DNA of 64,000 bases from an uncultured candidate division Zixibacteria bacterium (GCA_963668625.2 CAXXKA010000001.1:224001-288000); one strand, 5' to 3'. Shown: positions 1 through 11,389, counted from the stretch's first letter. Numbers and translations are program-made. The notes: generated by a model from the letters alone, not told the origin.

Positions 1-327
1 GCCCGCAGGGCGATTAATATCGGCGTGGCCGCGGACAAAATCGTGGTCGATCCGGGTATTGGTTTTGGCAAAACTGTCGAACATAATTTTAGTATCATTA
101 AAAACATTTCAGCTTTCAAAAGGTTGGGTTACCCTGTGTTGATAGGCGCGTCGCGTAAGTCGTTTATCGGTAAAACTCTCGATCTGCCGGTTGACTCGCG
201 GCTCGAGGGTTCGCTGGCAGCCGCTGTCAGCTCGGCTTATTATGGAGCGGATATTATCAGGGTTCATGATGTTTTACCTACCGTGAGAGCGCTGAAAATA
301 ACATCCCGGATTCTTGAGGCTGTTTGA
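1..327 (+). CDS. folP: Dihydropteroate synthase, C-terminal part (5' truncated by window edge)
   Basis: DPGIGFGK, GASRKSFIG and IIRVHDV motifs; frame open from base 1. Confidence 0.95.
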   Translation, partial: ARRAINIGVAADKIVVDPGIGFGKTVEHNFSIIKNISAFKRLGYPVLIGASRKSFIGKTLDLPVDSRLEGSLAAAVSSAYYGADIIRVHDVLPTVRALKITSRILEAV

Positions 328-1091
328 TGACGATTTTTACTATCGGATTTATCGAGTTTACCTTAATCGACATGTTCGATGTACTTTTAGTCGGCTATTT
401 TTTCTATAGATTCCTGCTGTTACTCAAAGGCGCCAGTTCGATTCAATTATTGGCGGGGCTGGTATCGTTTTTCGCGATTGGCATGATCGCTTACTGGCTC
501 GAACTTTCGATGGTGACCTGGTTTATCTCGAATATAGCGGCGTTCGGAATTATAGTGGTGGTGATCATATTGCAGCCTGAGATCAGGCGGGCGTTCGCCC
601 GGTTCGGCCAGAGCGGTATCATTCGCTTGCTTCTGAGAAGCGAATCGAAAAGCGCGGTAGATGAGATCATTCGAGCGGTGGAGAAGCTATCCGATATGCA
701 TTACGGCGCGTTGATAGTTCTGGAAAATAACTCCAGCTTGACTAACATAGTCGATAGCGGCAAGGAGCTGAACGCTATAGTTTCGCAAGAGTTGTTACAG
801 AGCATATTCACGCCCTACACTCCTCTTCACGATGGCGCGGTGATAATCAAGGGCGATCAGGTCATAGCCGCAGCCTGTACTTTGCCTCTTTCTCAGAATC
901 CGGCTTACCATCGCCTGCACGGTATGAGACATAAAGCGGCGGTAGGCGTTACCGAGGAAACCGATGCGTTTGCCGTGGTTGTCAGCGAGGAAACCGGGCA
1001 AATATCCTATGCCAGTAAAGGCAAACTTCATAGGGATATTCGCCTGCAAGAATTGAAATCGATAATCAAAGAACTGTATATAAGTAATTAA
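324..1091 (+). CDS. cdaA: Diadenylate cyclase CdaA/DacA (3 TM + DAC domain)
   Basis: N-terminal TM helices, QPEIRR, LHDGA, GMRHKAA (RHR variant), VVVSEETG; start may be ATG 327. Confidence 0.9.
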   Translation: MMTIFTIGFIEFTLIDMFDVLLVGYFFYRFLLLLKGASSIQLLAGLVSFFAIGMIAYWLELSMVTWFISNIAAFGIIVVVIILQPEIRRAFARFGQSGIIRLLLRSESKSAVDEIIRAVEKLSDMHYGALIVLENNSSLTNIVDSGKELNAIVSQELLQSIFTPYTPLHDGAVIIKGDQVIAAACTLPLSQNPAYHRLHGMRHKAAVGVTEETDAFAVVVSEETGQISYASKGKLHRDIRLQELKSIIKELYISN

Positions 1092-1092
1092 G

Positions 1093-2067
1093 ATGTTTGT
1101 AGATTACGCTGAAATCGAAGTCAAAGCCGGTAATGGCGGAGATGGTCATGTTAGTTTCCGACGGGAGAAATGGGTGCCGCGAGGCGGCCCCGATGGCGGT
1201 GACGGTGGCAAAGGCGGGGATATACTCGTGTATGCCAACGAGAACATGAGCACGCTTCTCGATTTCAAGCATAAGAACATATTCAAAGCCGAACATGGTG
1301 AAAACGGTGGCAAGCGAAATAGATCCGGTAAGAATGGCAGCGATACGCTCATACAGCTTCCGCCCGGTACGATAATTCGCGATGCCGAAACCGGCGAGTT
1401 GGTTATCGATTTGAAGCTGGACTACCAAAAACACGTAGTAGCCAAAGGCGGCAAGGGTGGCAAAGGCAATACTCATTTCAAATCGTCTACCAACCAGACG
1501 CCGCGTCAGGCGAAACCGGGACGACCGGGGCAGCAGCGCAAAGTAGAGCTGGAGCTGAAACTCATCGCCGATGTCGGCCTGGTGGGTTATCCCAACGCCG
1601 GAAAATCCACGTTATTATCGCGTATCTCCGATGCCAGGCCAAAAATCGCCAACTATCCGTTCACCACGCTGGTACCTAATCTTGGTATAGTGAAAACATC
1701 CGAGTTCCGCAATTTCGTGGTTGCCGATATTCCAGGCGTGATCGAAGGCGCTCATTCTGGCAAGGGATTGGGGCTGGAGTTTCTCCGTCACATACAGAGA
1801 ACCTCGGTGCTGGTATTTTTGATCGAGTGTACCGAAGATGATCCTGAGATTTCATATAATATGCTGCGCGCAGAACTCGGATTATTCGATCCCGAACTTC
1901 TGAACAAGCCTACCCTGGTAGGTGTAAACAAGATCGATATATTCGATGAAACATCCAGGAAGAGGTTCGATTCACTACCAGATGACTGGTTTAAAATCTC
2001 GGCAGTCACCGGCGAAAATGTCGATAAGCTGGTAAACCGCGTAACTAATCTCGTTTTTAAAAACTAA
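1093..2067 (+). CDS. obgE: GTPase ObgE/CgtA
   Basis: MFVD start, Gly-rich Obg fold, GYPNAGKST, YPFTT, DIPG, NKID. Confidence 0.97.
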   Translation: MFVDYAEIEVKAGNGGDGHVSFRREKWVPRGGPDGGDGGKGGDILVYANENMSTLLDFKHKNIFKAEHGENGGKRNRSGKNGSDTLIQLPPGTIIRDAETGELVIDLKLDYQKHVVAKGGKGGKGNTHFKSSTNQTPRQAKPGRPGQQRKVELELKLIADVGLVGYPNAGKSTLLSRISDARPKIANYPFTTLVPNLGIVKTSEFRNFVVADIPGVIEGAHSGKGLGLEFLRHIQRTSVLVFLIECTEDDPEISYNMLRAELGLFDPELLNKPTLVGVNKIDIFDETSRKRFDSLPDDWFKISAVTGENVDKLVNRVTNLVFKN

Positions 2068-2083
2068 ACTTAAGACCGATGTT

Positions 2084-3182
2084 ATGATTGATACTCGTTT
2101 CGCCTTGATGCTTTCAGGTATCGGAGGTATCGGGCCGGCAAAATATAAGAATCTTATCAAGCATTTCTCCGACTACGATCAGTTGAAAAACAACGGCAAC
2201 TTCGATTTGTTCAGAGAGTGCGGTTTAACCGATACGCTCGTTAATAAATTGATGAATTTCGATGATTGGCGGAAAATCGATCGTCTTATTGAAAAAAACC
2301 AAACGAGAAAATATTAGCGTGATGTGTTTGGGGCAGGATAATTATCCTGAACTACTCTCGCATATTTATTCGCCTCCCACGGTGCTTTATGTTAAAGGCA
2401 ATACCGACCTGTTGCACCGTCCCTCCGTAGCCATAGTTGGCTCGCGTACCCCTACGGCTTACGGTCGCTCGATGGCCGCGAAAATCGCCTCGGGACTGGC
2501 GGCGGCTGGATTGGTAATCGTCTCCGGGCTGGCGACCGGTATCGATTCGGAGGCGCATAAAGCCACTCTCGATATAGGCGGTTATACCGGAGCGATTTTC
2601 GGCAATGGCATTGACGTAATTTATCCCGCCGATAACCGAGAATTGGCTGAAAAGGTATCACAAAGCGGATATTGCCTTTCGGAGTTTCCACTTGGAGCGA
2701 CCCCGGAAAGGCATAATTTCCCTCGGCGCAACCGGATTATCTCGGGCCTGTCGCTGGCGGTGGTGGTGGTCGAGGCGGCCGCTCGTTCTGGGGCACTGGT
2801 CACCGCCGATATAGCCGCAGAACAGGGGAAGGATGTTTTCGCGGTGCCCGGCCCGGCAGACAGCCCCAAGAGCGATGGCACCATTAACCTTATCAGGCAG
2901 GGTGCTTACGTTGCCGCCAACGCCGAGGATATATTGCAAAATTTAGGCTGGGATGTTTCGGCTAAAACGAATGAACCCGATAAAAGCACGATGCCCATTA
3001 ACATAGAACTTGAACTCGACGAACAGAAAGTATGCGATATGATAACATCCGGCCCTTTACATTTCGATGAATTAGTGCGAAATTTAAACTTGCCATCACC
3101 CAAACTATCCACCATCTTGCTGAAACTTGAATTGGCAGGGCTAGTGGTAAAACGGCCCGGTAACTATCTGGCGAGGTCTTGA
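2084..3182 (+). pseudogene. dprA: DNA-processing protein DprA split by a 1-nt frameshift in an A7 run (2292-2298)
   Basis: ORF 2084-2317 has the DprA N-terminus (L.GIGP); overlapping ORF to 3182 has VAIVGSR, VSGLATGID, FPRRNRIISGLS; removing one A fuses them (IEK-TKRENIS). Could be a sequencing error. Confidence 0.8.
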
Positions 3183-3183
3183 A

Positions 3184-3450
3184 ATGATATCCAGGGATGT
3201 GACAATAGTAAATAAACTGGGGCTTCACGCTCGACCGGCAGCGCTTCTGGTTAAAACATCAAGCAGATTCAAAGCCGAGATTCTTTTCAAGAAGGGGAAT
3301 CTCGAGGTTAACGGTAAGAGTATAATGGGTGTTATGATGCTGGCGGCGGAACTCGGTTCGGTGATAACAATCACGGCTGACGGTAAAGATGAAGAACAGG
3401 CGGTAGCCGATATAATTAAGGTGTTTGAATCTAAATTCGGTGAAGAGTAG
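3184..3450 (+). CDS. ptsH: Phosphocarrier protein HPr
   Basis: GLHARPA (His15) and KSIMGVM (Ser46). Confidence 0.96.
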   Translation: MISRDVTIVNKLGLHARPAALLVKTSSRFKAEILFKKGNLEVNGKSIMGVMMLAAELGSVITITADGKDEEQAVADIIKVFESKFGEE

Positions 3451-5244
3451 ATGATACAGAAAATCAAATCGAAATCGCTCGAGGGCGTTGCGGCCTCGCC
3501 GGGAATTATCATCGGCAGGGCGGTGGTGCTCGACAAAGGCCAAATCGACGTAAAACCTGTTTCCATCAATGAATCTCAGGTCGAACGGGAGATTAATGAT
3601 TTCCGAAGGGCTATAGCTCGTGTTCGGGATGATTTGTTGAACCTGTCGGTGGCTGTCGGTAAGCGGTTGGGCAAGGAGTATGCTCATATATTCGAGGCGC
3701 AAGCCATGATAGCCGATGACCCCGTGATGATCGATCGGGTGATCGAACTGACCCGTGAACGCAGAATTCAGATAGCTTACCTGTACTACCAGGAGATAAA
3801 CGCCGTAATCGAACAGCTTTCGCAATCGGATAATCCTTATCTGAAAGAGCGGATTTTAGATATAAACTCGGTCTGTACGCGTCTATTGGGAGTGTTACAG
3901 GGCGTAAAAAAATCGGTTGTCGGGGATGTCGAGGGACCGACCGTAGTGATCGCAAAGTATCTCGCGCCCAGTGATCTACTCGGTTTCTCCGTAAGGAAGC
4001 GTGTTGGATTCGCGCTGGAACTCGGCGGCGTGACCTCACATACCTCATTGCTGGCCAAATCACTCAACCTGCCGGCGATAGTCGGTATCGGCGGTATACT
4101 CGAACATGTAAGCACCGGTGATAAAGTCATCCTCGATGGCTACTCGGGCAAGCTGATTATCCGACCCGAGCCGTCGCTAACGCAAAAGTTTAAAACCAGG
4201 GTGAATTTCCTCAAGGACTTCAACCGTACTGTCGGGCAGATTAAAAGCAAAGAGGCGGTAACCCGCGACGGCCATCAGGTGAAAGTGCTGAACAATATCG
4301 AATTACCCAACGACTCGGCCCGGGTGGCTAAATCGGGAGCCGAGGGGATAGGCCTGTTCAGAACCGAATATCTGTTTATCACCGAAAACAGCATTCCCGA
4401 TTTTGATAAACAATATAAAGCTTACAAATCCATACTGTCAAAAATGGGCGACAAGCCGGTTTTTATTCGTACGTTCGATCTGGGCGGCGATAAATTCATC
4501 GCCGATAAATTGCAGGCTGTCGATCCCAACCCGTTTCTCGGCTGGCGCGCGATAAGGTTCTGTCTGGATAGGCCGGAGCTGTTTAAAACTCAATTGAAAG
4601 CCCTGTTAAAAGCCTCCCGGTTCGGAAATCTACACATAATGTTACCGATGATATCCAACCTGGATGAACTTCGCGAAACGAAGGATTTGCTGGAGCAGTG
4701 TCGAAACGAACTCAAATCCGAACGGGTTGTTTTTAAGGAACATATTCCTCTGGGGATAATGGTCGAGGTACCCTCGGCTGTCGTATTGGCGGAACATCTG
4801 GCGCAGGAGGTTGATTTCTTCTCGATTGGCACCAATGACCTTATTCAATATACCCTGGCAGTCGACCGCACTAACGAGAAGATCACACGGTTGTACCAGA
4901 GTTTCAATCCTGCTGTATTTAAAATGATAAAACAAACCATAGACGCCGGGCATAGGCACAACATTGATGTCGGTATTTGCGGCGAGATGGCATCCAACCC
5001 GCTGGCGGCGATTGTCCTGGCCGGTATGGGGATAGACGAGCTTTCCACCAGCTATCTTTCCACCGGTATGATGAAGTATATTATCAGGAATATCGATATG
5101 AGCAAAGCCGGGGAAATGGCCGAGAAAATCATCGAGATGAAAACCGAATCGCAGGTTACCGAATATCTGAAAACCCAGGTAGATATTTATTTTTCCGAAT
5201 TAACACCGTTGTTTGAATTCATACAAGGAGCGAACCATGGTTGA
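3451..5244 (+). CDS. ptsI: PTS enzyme I
   Basis: GGVTSHT phospho-His, GIGLFRTE, RTFDLGGDK, NPFLGWRAIR, FSIGTNDL, CGEMA. Confidence 0.97.
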   Translation: MIQKIKSKSLEGVAASPGIIIGRAVVLDKGQIDVKPVSINESQVEREINDFRRAIARVRDDLLNLSVAVGKRLGKEYAHIFEAQAMIADDPVMIDRVIELTRERRIQIAYLYYQEINAVIEQLSQSDNPYLKERILDINSVCTRLLGVLQGVKKSVVGDVEGPTVVIAKYLAPSDLLGFSVRKRVGFALELGGVTSHTSLLAKSLNLPAIVGIGGILEHVSTGDKVILDGYSGKLIIRPEPSLTQKFKTRVNFLKDFNRTVGQIKSKEAVTRDGHQVKVLNNIELPNDSARVAKSGAEGIGLFRTEYLFITENSIPDFDKQYKAYKSILSKMGDKPVFIRTFDLGGDKFIADKLQAVDPNPFLGWRAIRFCLDRPELFKTQLKALLKASRFGNLHIMLPMISNLDELRETKDLLEQCRNELKSERVVFKEHIPLGIMVEVPSAVVLAEHLAQEVDFFSIGTNDLIQYTLAVDRTNEKITRLYQSFNPAVFKMIKQTIDAGHRHNIDVGICGEMASNPLAAIVLAGMGIDELSTSYLSTGMMKYIIRNIDMSKAGEMAEKIIEMKTESQVTEYLKTQVDIYFSELTPLFEFIQGANHG

Positions 5245-6283
5245 TAATGCGTTGAAAAAACATGATCCTGACAAGATGTATGAGAAAATTAACGATTTCT
5301 ACAGGCAATTAAACGAAGGCCTCGAAACAGGCAAGCTGTCTGATCTTCCAAAAATCGAGACCGGCAAAATCAGCAATATCGTATTAGCCGGTATGGGCGG
5401 TTCGGCTATCGGCGGCGAACTGCTGAAAAGTTTCCTGAAAACCGAGCTGAAAACGCCGTTCGTGATTCATCGCAATTACGATCTTCCCGCGATAGTAAAC
5501 GAAAATTCCCTCCTGATTTGCTCTAGCTACTCCGGCGGAACCGAGGAGACTCTTTCCGCGTTCGAAGCCGGGCAAAAGATTGGCTGTAAAATACTATGTA
5601 TTACCACCGGCGGAAAACTCGGCGAGAAAGCCAAAGCCGGCGGATACGATACGATTATCATACCCTCGGGAATGATGCCCCGGGCTGCGCTGGGATATTC
5701 GTTCACACCGCTTCTTATGGCTTTCGGACGAATGGGATTTTGTTGCGACTACTCCGATGATATCAAAGCCTGTGCCAAACATCTGGAGGCCTGGTCATCC
5801 AGCTATTCATTCGAAAGCGATACCAATCGGGCATACGAATTGGCCGAAAAGATTTCAGGCAAGCTGGTCGTCATCTACTCGGGGCCTGATTATATGGACG
5901 CCGTCGGTTTACGGATAAAGGGCCAGATAAACGAAAACGCGAAACAGCACGCTTTCTTTAACGTGTTCCCCGAGTTCAATCATAACGAACTGGTTGGCTG
6001 GGAATATTCTCCGAACATAACTGATAGGTTCATAGTTCTAATTCTTCGAGACCGGGCGGATCATCCGAAAATCGCCAAACGTATGGATGTGGTGAAGAAG
6101 ATAATCGAGAGCAAAGGTATCGAGGCTGTCGAATTGGTATCGGAGGGGGAAACATTGTTGTCACGGATGTTTAACCTGATACAATTCGGGGATTTTGTAT
6201 CATACTACCTGGCCTTGATAAATGGGGTTGATCCTACCCCCATAAATGTAATAGAATACATGAAAAGCAATCTGGAAAAATAA
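5237..6283 (+). CDS. Bifunctional phosphoglucose/phosphomannose isomerase (SIS family)
   Basis: GMGGSAIGG, SYSGGTEET, PRAA, ENAK, PEFNHNE; ATG 5237 follows AAGGAG. Confidence 0.9.
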   Translation: MVDNALKKHDPDKMYEKINDFYRQLNEGLETGKLSDLPKIETGKISNIVLAGMGGSAIGGELLKSFLKTELKTPFVIHRNYDLPAIVNENSLLICSSYSGGTEETLSAFEAGQKIGCKILCITTGGKLGEKAKAGGYDTIIIPSGMMPRAALGYSFTPLLMAFGRMGFCCDYSDDIKACAKHLEAWSSSYSFESDTNRAYELAEKISGKLVVIYSGPDYMDAVGLRIKGQINENAKQHAFFNVFPEFNHNELVGWEYSPNITDRFIVLILRDRADHPKIAKRMDVVKKIIESKGIEAVELVSEGETLLSRMFNLIQFGDFVSYYLALINGVDPTPINVIEYMKSNLEK

Positions 6284-6296
6284 AATAGGAGTTCAG

Positions 6297-7268
6297 ATGA
6301 AAGCGATCATACCCGCCGCGGGCATAGGCACCAGATTAAGACCTCACACTCATACGGCCCCTAAAGCATTGCTCCATGTTGCCGGAAAACCGATTCTCGG
6401 TCATATCATTGATGAACTCATAGCTTACAATATCCGTGAGATCGTTTTTATAGTCGGATTCCTCGGCGATAAGATTGTCGACTACGTAAAAGAGAATTAC
6501 GATATCAAAGCCAGTTTCATCGAACAAAAAGAACTCAAAGGTTTAGGCTATGCTATCTACCTGGCCAAAGAGCATTTTATCGATGAGCCGATACTGATTA
6601 TACTGGGCGATACGATTTTCGAGATAAACTTGAACGATGTATTAAATTCGGATTACGATTCGATCGGAACTAAAGTGGTTGATGACCCGAGGCGATTCGG
6701 TATCGCGGAAACAGATGGCGATTTCATTACCAGGCTGGTCGAGAAACCCGAGAACCCTACCTCTAATTTAGCTCTGACCGGAATCTACTACATAAAATCG
6801 ACCGAGCTTTTCGCTCGATCTCTAGAGGAATTGATCGTCAAGAAAATTACAACACGGGATGAATACCAGCTAACCGATGCTCTCGGCTTGATGTTGAGAC
6901 ACGGTTGCAAGATGACTACGTTCAATGTCGAGGGGTGGTACGATTGCGGCAAGAAAGAGACATTGCTGGAAACTAATCGTTATCTACTCACTCAGATAAA
7001 AACCGTGAATGGTCATGAAGACGCAATAATTATTCCTCCCGTTTATATCGCCTCCTCGGCCACGGTCACGAATTCCGTTATAGGCCCGTATGTCAGCGTC
7101 GCTGAAAACGCCGTTATCGAGTCGAGTATCGTAAAAGATTCGATCGTATCAACCAAAGCCGAGGTCAGGCATTGTCTATTGGAATCATCATTGATAGGTA
7201 ACAGCTCATCGTACACGGGACATTATCACAAGATGAATTTAGGCGATAGTTCCGAGATCGTATCCTGA
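6297..7268 (+). CDS. Sugar-phosphate nucleotidyltransferase (glucose-1-P thymidylyltransferase-like) with C-terminal hexapeptide region
   Basis: IPAAGIGTRLRPHT..PK, LVEKP, WYDCG. Confidence 0.88.
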   Translation: MKAIIPAAGIGTRLRPHTHTAPKALLHVAGKPILGHIIDELIAYNIREIVFIVGFLGDKIVDYVKENYDIKASFIEQKELKGLGYAIYLAKEHFIDEPILIILGDTIFEINLNDVLNSDYDSIGTKVVDDPRRFGIAETDGDFITRLVEKPENPTSNLALTGIYYIKSTELFARSLEELIVKKITTRDEYQLTDALGLMLRHGCKMTTFNVEGWYDCGKKETLLETNRYLLTQIKTVNGHEDAIIIPPVYIASSATVTNSVIGPYVSVAENAVIESSIVKDSIVSTKAEVRHCLLESSLIGNSSSYTGHYHKMNLGDSSEIVS

Positions 7269-7456
7269 TAAATTGCCTTCAATCTTCATACATTTAATAT
7301 AAATCTAATCGTTTGTACTTGCTTTATTCAATTTAACTTATTAAATTTTGCGAATGATTTAAGGGAGGGGCCCTTATTAATTATGATCCAGAGTAAAACA
7401 CTGAAATAGTTTATTCTTGATAACATACTTTTTGGATAAATAAGAGCGGAGGATAA

Positions 7457-8620
7457 ATGGCAAAAAATAATTTTTTCTTCACTTCGGAATCTGTGACTGA
7501 GGGACATCCCGATAAAGTCTGTGATCAGATTTCCGACGCGGTACTGGATGAGGTATTGAGAAGTGATAAAAAAGGTCGCGTTGCTTGCGAGACTTTTATC
7601 ACTGTCGGCCTGGTAATCGTTGGCGGTGAGATTACCACGAATACTTATGTCGATATCCAGGGCCTGGTGCGACGAGTAGTTAAGGAAATCGGCTATACCG
7701 ATTCCAAGTATGGGTTCAATTATAAAACCTGTGCGATTCTAAACGCTATCGGGATGCAATCTCCCGATATCGCTCAAGGGGTCAATCGCGGCGGCGCCGG
7801 CGACCAGGGCTTGATGATCGGTTTTGCCACCAATCAAACAAAAGAGCTGATGCCCTTGCCGATTATGCTTTCTCATGAGCTCACACAGAAACTCGCAAAG
7901 GTGCGAAAGCGGAAAGTGTTGCCGTATCTCGGTCCCGATGGCAAAGCCCAGGTGACCGTAGAGTTCGAGGATGGTAAACCCAAACGAGTGGATACCGTAC
8001 TGGTATCGTGCCAGCACACCGATGATATTCTCGATAAATCAGGCAAGAAAATTACCAATAAAGCCAAAGAGGAAATTATCGAGAAAGTTATTTTAAGTTC
8101 CGTGCCTAAAAAATATCTCGATAATAAAACCAAATACCTGATCAATCCGACAGGCAAGTTCGTCATCGGCGGCCCGCAGTCCGATACCGGCATGACCGGC
8201 CGCAAGATAATCGTCGATACTTACGGTGGCTCGGCTGCTCACGGCGGCGGCGCTTTCTCCGGTAAGGATCCGACCAAGGTGGACAGGTCAGCCTCGTACA
8301 TGGCCCGCCATGTCGCAAAAAACGTGGTGGCCTCCGGTCTGGCGAAGGTTTGCCATGTTCAATTGGCGTATGCTATCGGCGTTGCCCAGCCGGTCAGCGT
8401 GCTAATCAATACCAGAAATTCCGGCAAAGTTCCGGATAGCCGCTTGACCCAACTGGTCAAGAAACATTTCGACCTGACGCCGCTGGGTATTATCGATTAC
8501 CTGAAACTGCTTAAACCGATTTACAGGAAAACGGCCGCTTACGGACATTTCGGGCGCAGCGAAAAAGAATTCACCTGGGAAAAAACCAATATGGCTAAAA
8601 CGCTATTAAAGGATGCTTAA
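7457..8620 (+). CDS. metK: S-adenosylmethionine synthetase
   Basis: [28 protein letters not shown]. Confidence 0.98.
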   Translation: MAKNNFFFTSESVTEGHPDKVCDQISDAVLDEVLRSDKKGRVACETFITVGLVIVGGEITTNTYVDIQGLVRRVVKEIGYTDSKYGFNYKTCAILNAIGMQSPDIAQGVNRGGAGDQGLMIGFATNQTKELMPLPIMLSHELTQKLAKVRKRKVLPYLGPDGKAQVTVEFEDGKPKRVDTVLVSCQHTDDILDKSGKKITNKAKEEIIEKVILSSVPKKYLDNKTKYLINPTGKFVIGGPQSDTGMTGRKIIVDTYGGSAAHGGGAFSGKDPTKVDRSASYMARHVAKNVVASGLAKVCHVQLAYAIGVAQPVSVLINTRNSGKVPDSRLTQLVKKHFDLTPLGIIDYLKLLKPIYRKTAAYGHFGRSEKEFTWEKTNMAKTLLKDA

Positions 8621-8621
8621 T

Positions 8622-9878
8622 ATGAAATACGATATCAAAGATATCAAACTGGCCTCGCAAGGTAACCTGAGAATCGAATGGGCGGAAAGATTCATGCCCG
8701 TACTGCGATTGATTCGGGATCGATTTAAAAAGCAAAAACCCCTCAAAGGTGTCAAGATGGCATGTTGTCTTCATGTGACAACCGAAACCGCAAACTTGAT
8801 GATTACCTTGAAAGCCGGCGGCGCCGAGCCTTATCTGTGCGCCTCCAATCCGCTTTCTACCCAGGATGACGTAGCCGCCTCGCTGGTGAAAGACCACAAA
8901 ATCCCGGTGTTCGCGGTCAGAGCAGAAAACAACAAGAAGTACTACAGCCATATCAACAGCTGTTTGGATGCCAACCCGATTATCACCATGGATGACGGCG
9001 CTGATTTAGTCAGCCAGCTTCACAGCAAACGCAAAAAACAGGCTGATACGATCATCGGCGGCACCGAGGAGACTACCACCGGTGTTATCCGCTTGAAAAG
9101 CATGGAGCAAAAAGGCGTGCTGCTTTTCCCGATGGTGGCTGTCAATGATTCTAAAACCAAACATTTCTTCGATAACCGCTATGGTACCGGTCAATCCACC
9201 ATCGACGGTATCCTTCGCGCTACCAACGTACTCTTAGCCGGTTCGACTCTCGTTGTCGCCGGTTACGGCTGGTGCGGCAGAGGACTTGCGGCCAAGGCCA
9301 AGGGTATGGGCGCGGATGTTATCGTGACCGAAATCGATCCGCTTAAAGGTCTCGAGGCTACCATGGATGGTTTCCGGGTGATGCCGATGAATCAGGCTGC
9401 CAAAATCGGTGATATTTTCGTCTCGATTACCGGTGATATCCATGTCATCGATAAAAAGCATTTCGAGTTGATGAAGGATGGCGCAATCGTTGCCAACTCC
9501 GGTCATTTCAATGTCGAGATAAACACGGAAGCGCTCAAGAAGATGTCACGCAAGGTACGCCAGGTTCGTCCCAGTGTCGAGGAGTTCACGGTCAAAGGCG
9601 GCAAACGCATATTCCTCCTGGGTGAGGGACGGCTTATTAATCTCTCGGCCGCCGAGGGACATCCAGCCTCCGTTATGGATATGAGTTTCGCTAACCAGGC
9701 TCTGGGCGCCGAATATATGCTGAATAATGCCGACAAACTTGAGCGTAAAGTCTATCCTGTACCTGCCAAAATAGATGATAATATTGCCATGCTGAAACTC
9801 AGGGCAATGGGTGTTAAAATAGACAAGCTGACGGCCGAACAACAACAATACCTGGCCTCGTGGGAGATCGGCACCTGA
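8622..9878 (+). CDS. ahcY: Adenosylhomocysteinase
   Basis: [53 protein letters not shown]. Confidence 0.97.
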   Translation: MKYDIKDIKLASQGNLRIEWAERFMPVLRLIRDRFKKQKPLKGVKMACCLHVTTETANLMITLKAGGAEPYLCASNPLSTQDDVAASLVKDHKIPVFAVRAENNKKYYSHINSCLDANPIITMDDGADLVSQLHSKRKKQADTIIGGTEETTTGVIRLKSMEQKGVLLFPMVAVNDSKTKHFFDNRYGTGQSTIDGILRATNVLLAGSTLVVAGYGWCGRGLAAKAKGMGADVIVTEIDPLKGLEATMDGFRVMPMNQAAKIGDIFVSITGDIHVIDKKHFELMKDGAIVANSGHFNVEINTEALKKMSRKVRQVRPSVEEFTVKGGKRIFLLGEGRLINLSAAEGHPASVMDMSFANQALGAEYMLNNADKLERKVYPVPAKIDDNIAMLKLRAMGVKIDKLTAEQQQYLASWEIGT

Positions 9879-9937
9879 TCGCATAACTCGTTCTTGACAG
9901 GCCTCTTAAGCATAGCCAAATTCGCCTCTGAAATATC

Positions 9938-9967
9938 AACCGCGACTGAAACAGTCGCGGTTTTTTT
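9938..9967 (+). terminator. Rho-independent terminator after metK-ahcY
   Basis: Stem CCGCGACTG-AAA-CAGTCGCGG followed by T7. Confidence 0.9.
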
Positions 9968-10052
9968 CGTCCTTTTATTTAAAGAATATCAAGCGTATTA
10001 AAAATCTTCCGACAATAAATACAGAATTTGAATTTTTAAGGAGGATAATTTG

Positions 10053-10256
10053 ATGCCTACTGGAGTAGTGAAGTGGTTTAACGACAAGAAAGGCTTCGGA
10101 TTCATTAAGCGCGAAGAGGACGACAAAGATGTATTCGTGCATTATTCTGTCATTAAAGAAGAAGGCTATAAATCATTAGCCCAGGGACAACTTGTTGAGT
10201 ACAATTTTATCAAGGGCCCTAAAGGACCTCTGGCTACGGAAGTTAATAAATTATAA
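10053..10256 (+). CDS. Cold-shock protein
   Basis: [15 protein letters not shown] and DVFVHYS (RNP1/RNP2); GGAGG SD. Confidence 0.95.
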   Translation: MPTGVVKWFNDKKGFGFIKREEDDKDVFVHYSVIKEEGYKSLAQGQLVEYNFIKGPKGPLATEVNKL

Positions 10257-10303
10257 ATTGTTAAAAATCACTGACTAGATAACTTCGATTATTATTTTGA
10301 GAG

Positions 10304-11389
10304 CTATTTTCGGGCTTTCAAAAACATGAATAAGCCGATTATCAAAAAGATTATATTTCCTATCGTTGCCGCCAGCAATGGCGGTAACGACCCGTCATAA
10401 CCGAACGTTTGGCCGGTTCTTAAAATAATAAAATATATAAAGCTAACGATAACGCTTATACCGAATCCGACAGTTCCACCCGATCGACGGGGATTGGCCG
10501 CCATAGGGATACCCAGGAATATGATGATGAAATTGGCGAACGGAACGCTGAATTTCAGGTATAGTTCCACCATCTCTTTTGAGACATCCTGTTTCATCCA
10601 TTTTTTCATCTCGATAATCTCGAGCAACTCCCAAAAACGAGTTTCCCTGGGATTATCCTGGCGATGTTTCATTACGCGGGGAGTATGGGGTAAGAAGGGT
10701 GTCATCAGCGTATCGTAGGAGGCATATTCGGTCTCGACTCCCGCATCGAATAGCCTTTTGGTAGCTGATATCAGCTCCCAGGTCGAATCTGGCTCTATCC
10801 ATGTCATCCTAACCGCCCGCAATGCTACCTTGACCTCATTTTCCTGGATCTGCTGTATGATAACGTTCTCGCCGTAATTCTGGCGTTCGTTATACAACCG
10901 TGCGAAAACGATCCAGCCATCCTTGCCGGCTTTTATTACATTATGACGAACGCGTCCTATGTTGGTATCACGCTTCTCTATCTGCTCGCGCTTCAACTCC
11001 GATTTTTTCACACTCGCAGGTACGCCTATAACATCGGTGAATACTATAAGCAGCAATGAAATGCAAAAACCGGCTGCAAGTATAGGGAATGACAGGCGGT
11101 ACAACGATAACCCGGTGGCTTTCATAACCTCTAACTCATGATACTTAGCCAGTCCGCCGAAAGTGAACATCGTGGAAAGAAGTACAGAAACCGGCAGGGC
11201 GAGGATGATGATAAATGGTATGAAATAGATATAGTTCAATATAATTACTTGTATCGTGGCGTTGTGATCAATGAATTTATCGATATTCTCGATAAGGTCG
11301 ACTATTATCACTACCACGATAAATGAAAGAAGCGATATAGCTACGAGTTTCAGGAAATTGAATAGAATATATTTATCTACTATTTTCAC
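10304..11389 (-). CDS. lptG: LPS export ABC permease LptG-like
   Basis: LptF/G architecture: 3 TM + periplasmic domain + 3 TM; EL.VMKATGLS motif; downstream of lptF. Confidence 0.85.
   Translation of the reverse strand: MKIVDKYILFNFLKLVAISLLSFIVVVIIVDLIENIDKFIDHNATIQVIILNYIYFIPFIIILALPVSVLLSTMFTFGGLAKYHELEVMKATGLSLYRLSFPILAAGFCISLLLIVFTDVIGVPASVKKSELKREQIEKRDTNIGRVRHNVIKAGKDGWIVFARLYNERQNYGENVIIQQIQENEVKVALRAVRMTWIEPDSTWELISATKRLFDAGVETEYASYDTLMTPFLPHTPRVMKHRQDNPRETRFWELLEIIEMKKWMKQDVSKEMVELYLKFSVPFANFIIIFLGIPMAANPRRSGGTVGFGISVIVSFIYFIILRTGQTFGYDGSLPPLLAATIGNIIFLIIGLFMFLKARK

Noticed and set aside
2262-3182. ORF 2262-3182 as a complete independent dprA
   Set aside because: Its first residues are out-of-frame sequence; the real N-terminal domain is in ORF 2084-2317
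7269-7456. SAM riboswitch upstream of metK (ATCCAGAG seen)
   Set aside because: The rest of the SAM-I core (P2 kink-turn, GCAACC, GGTGC, terminator) is missing and the region is AT-rich
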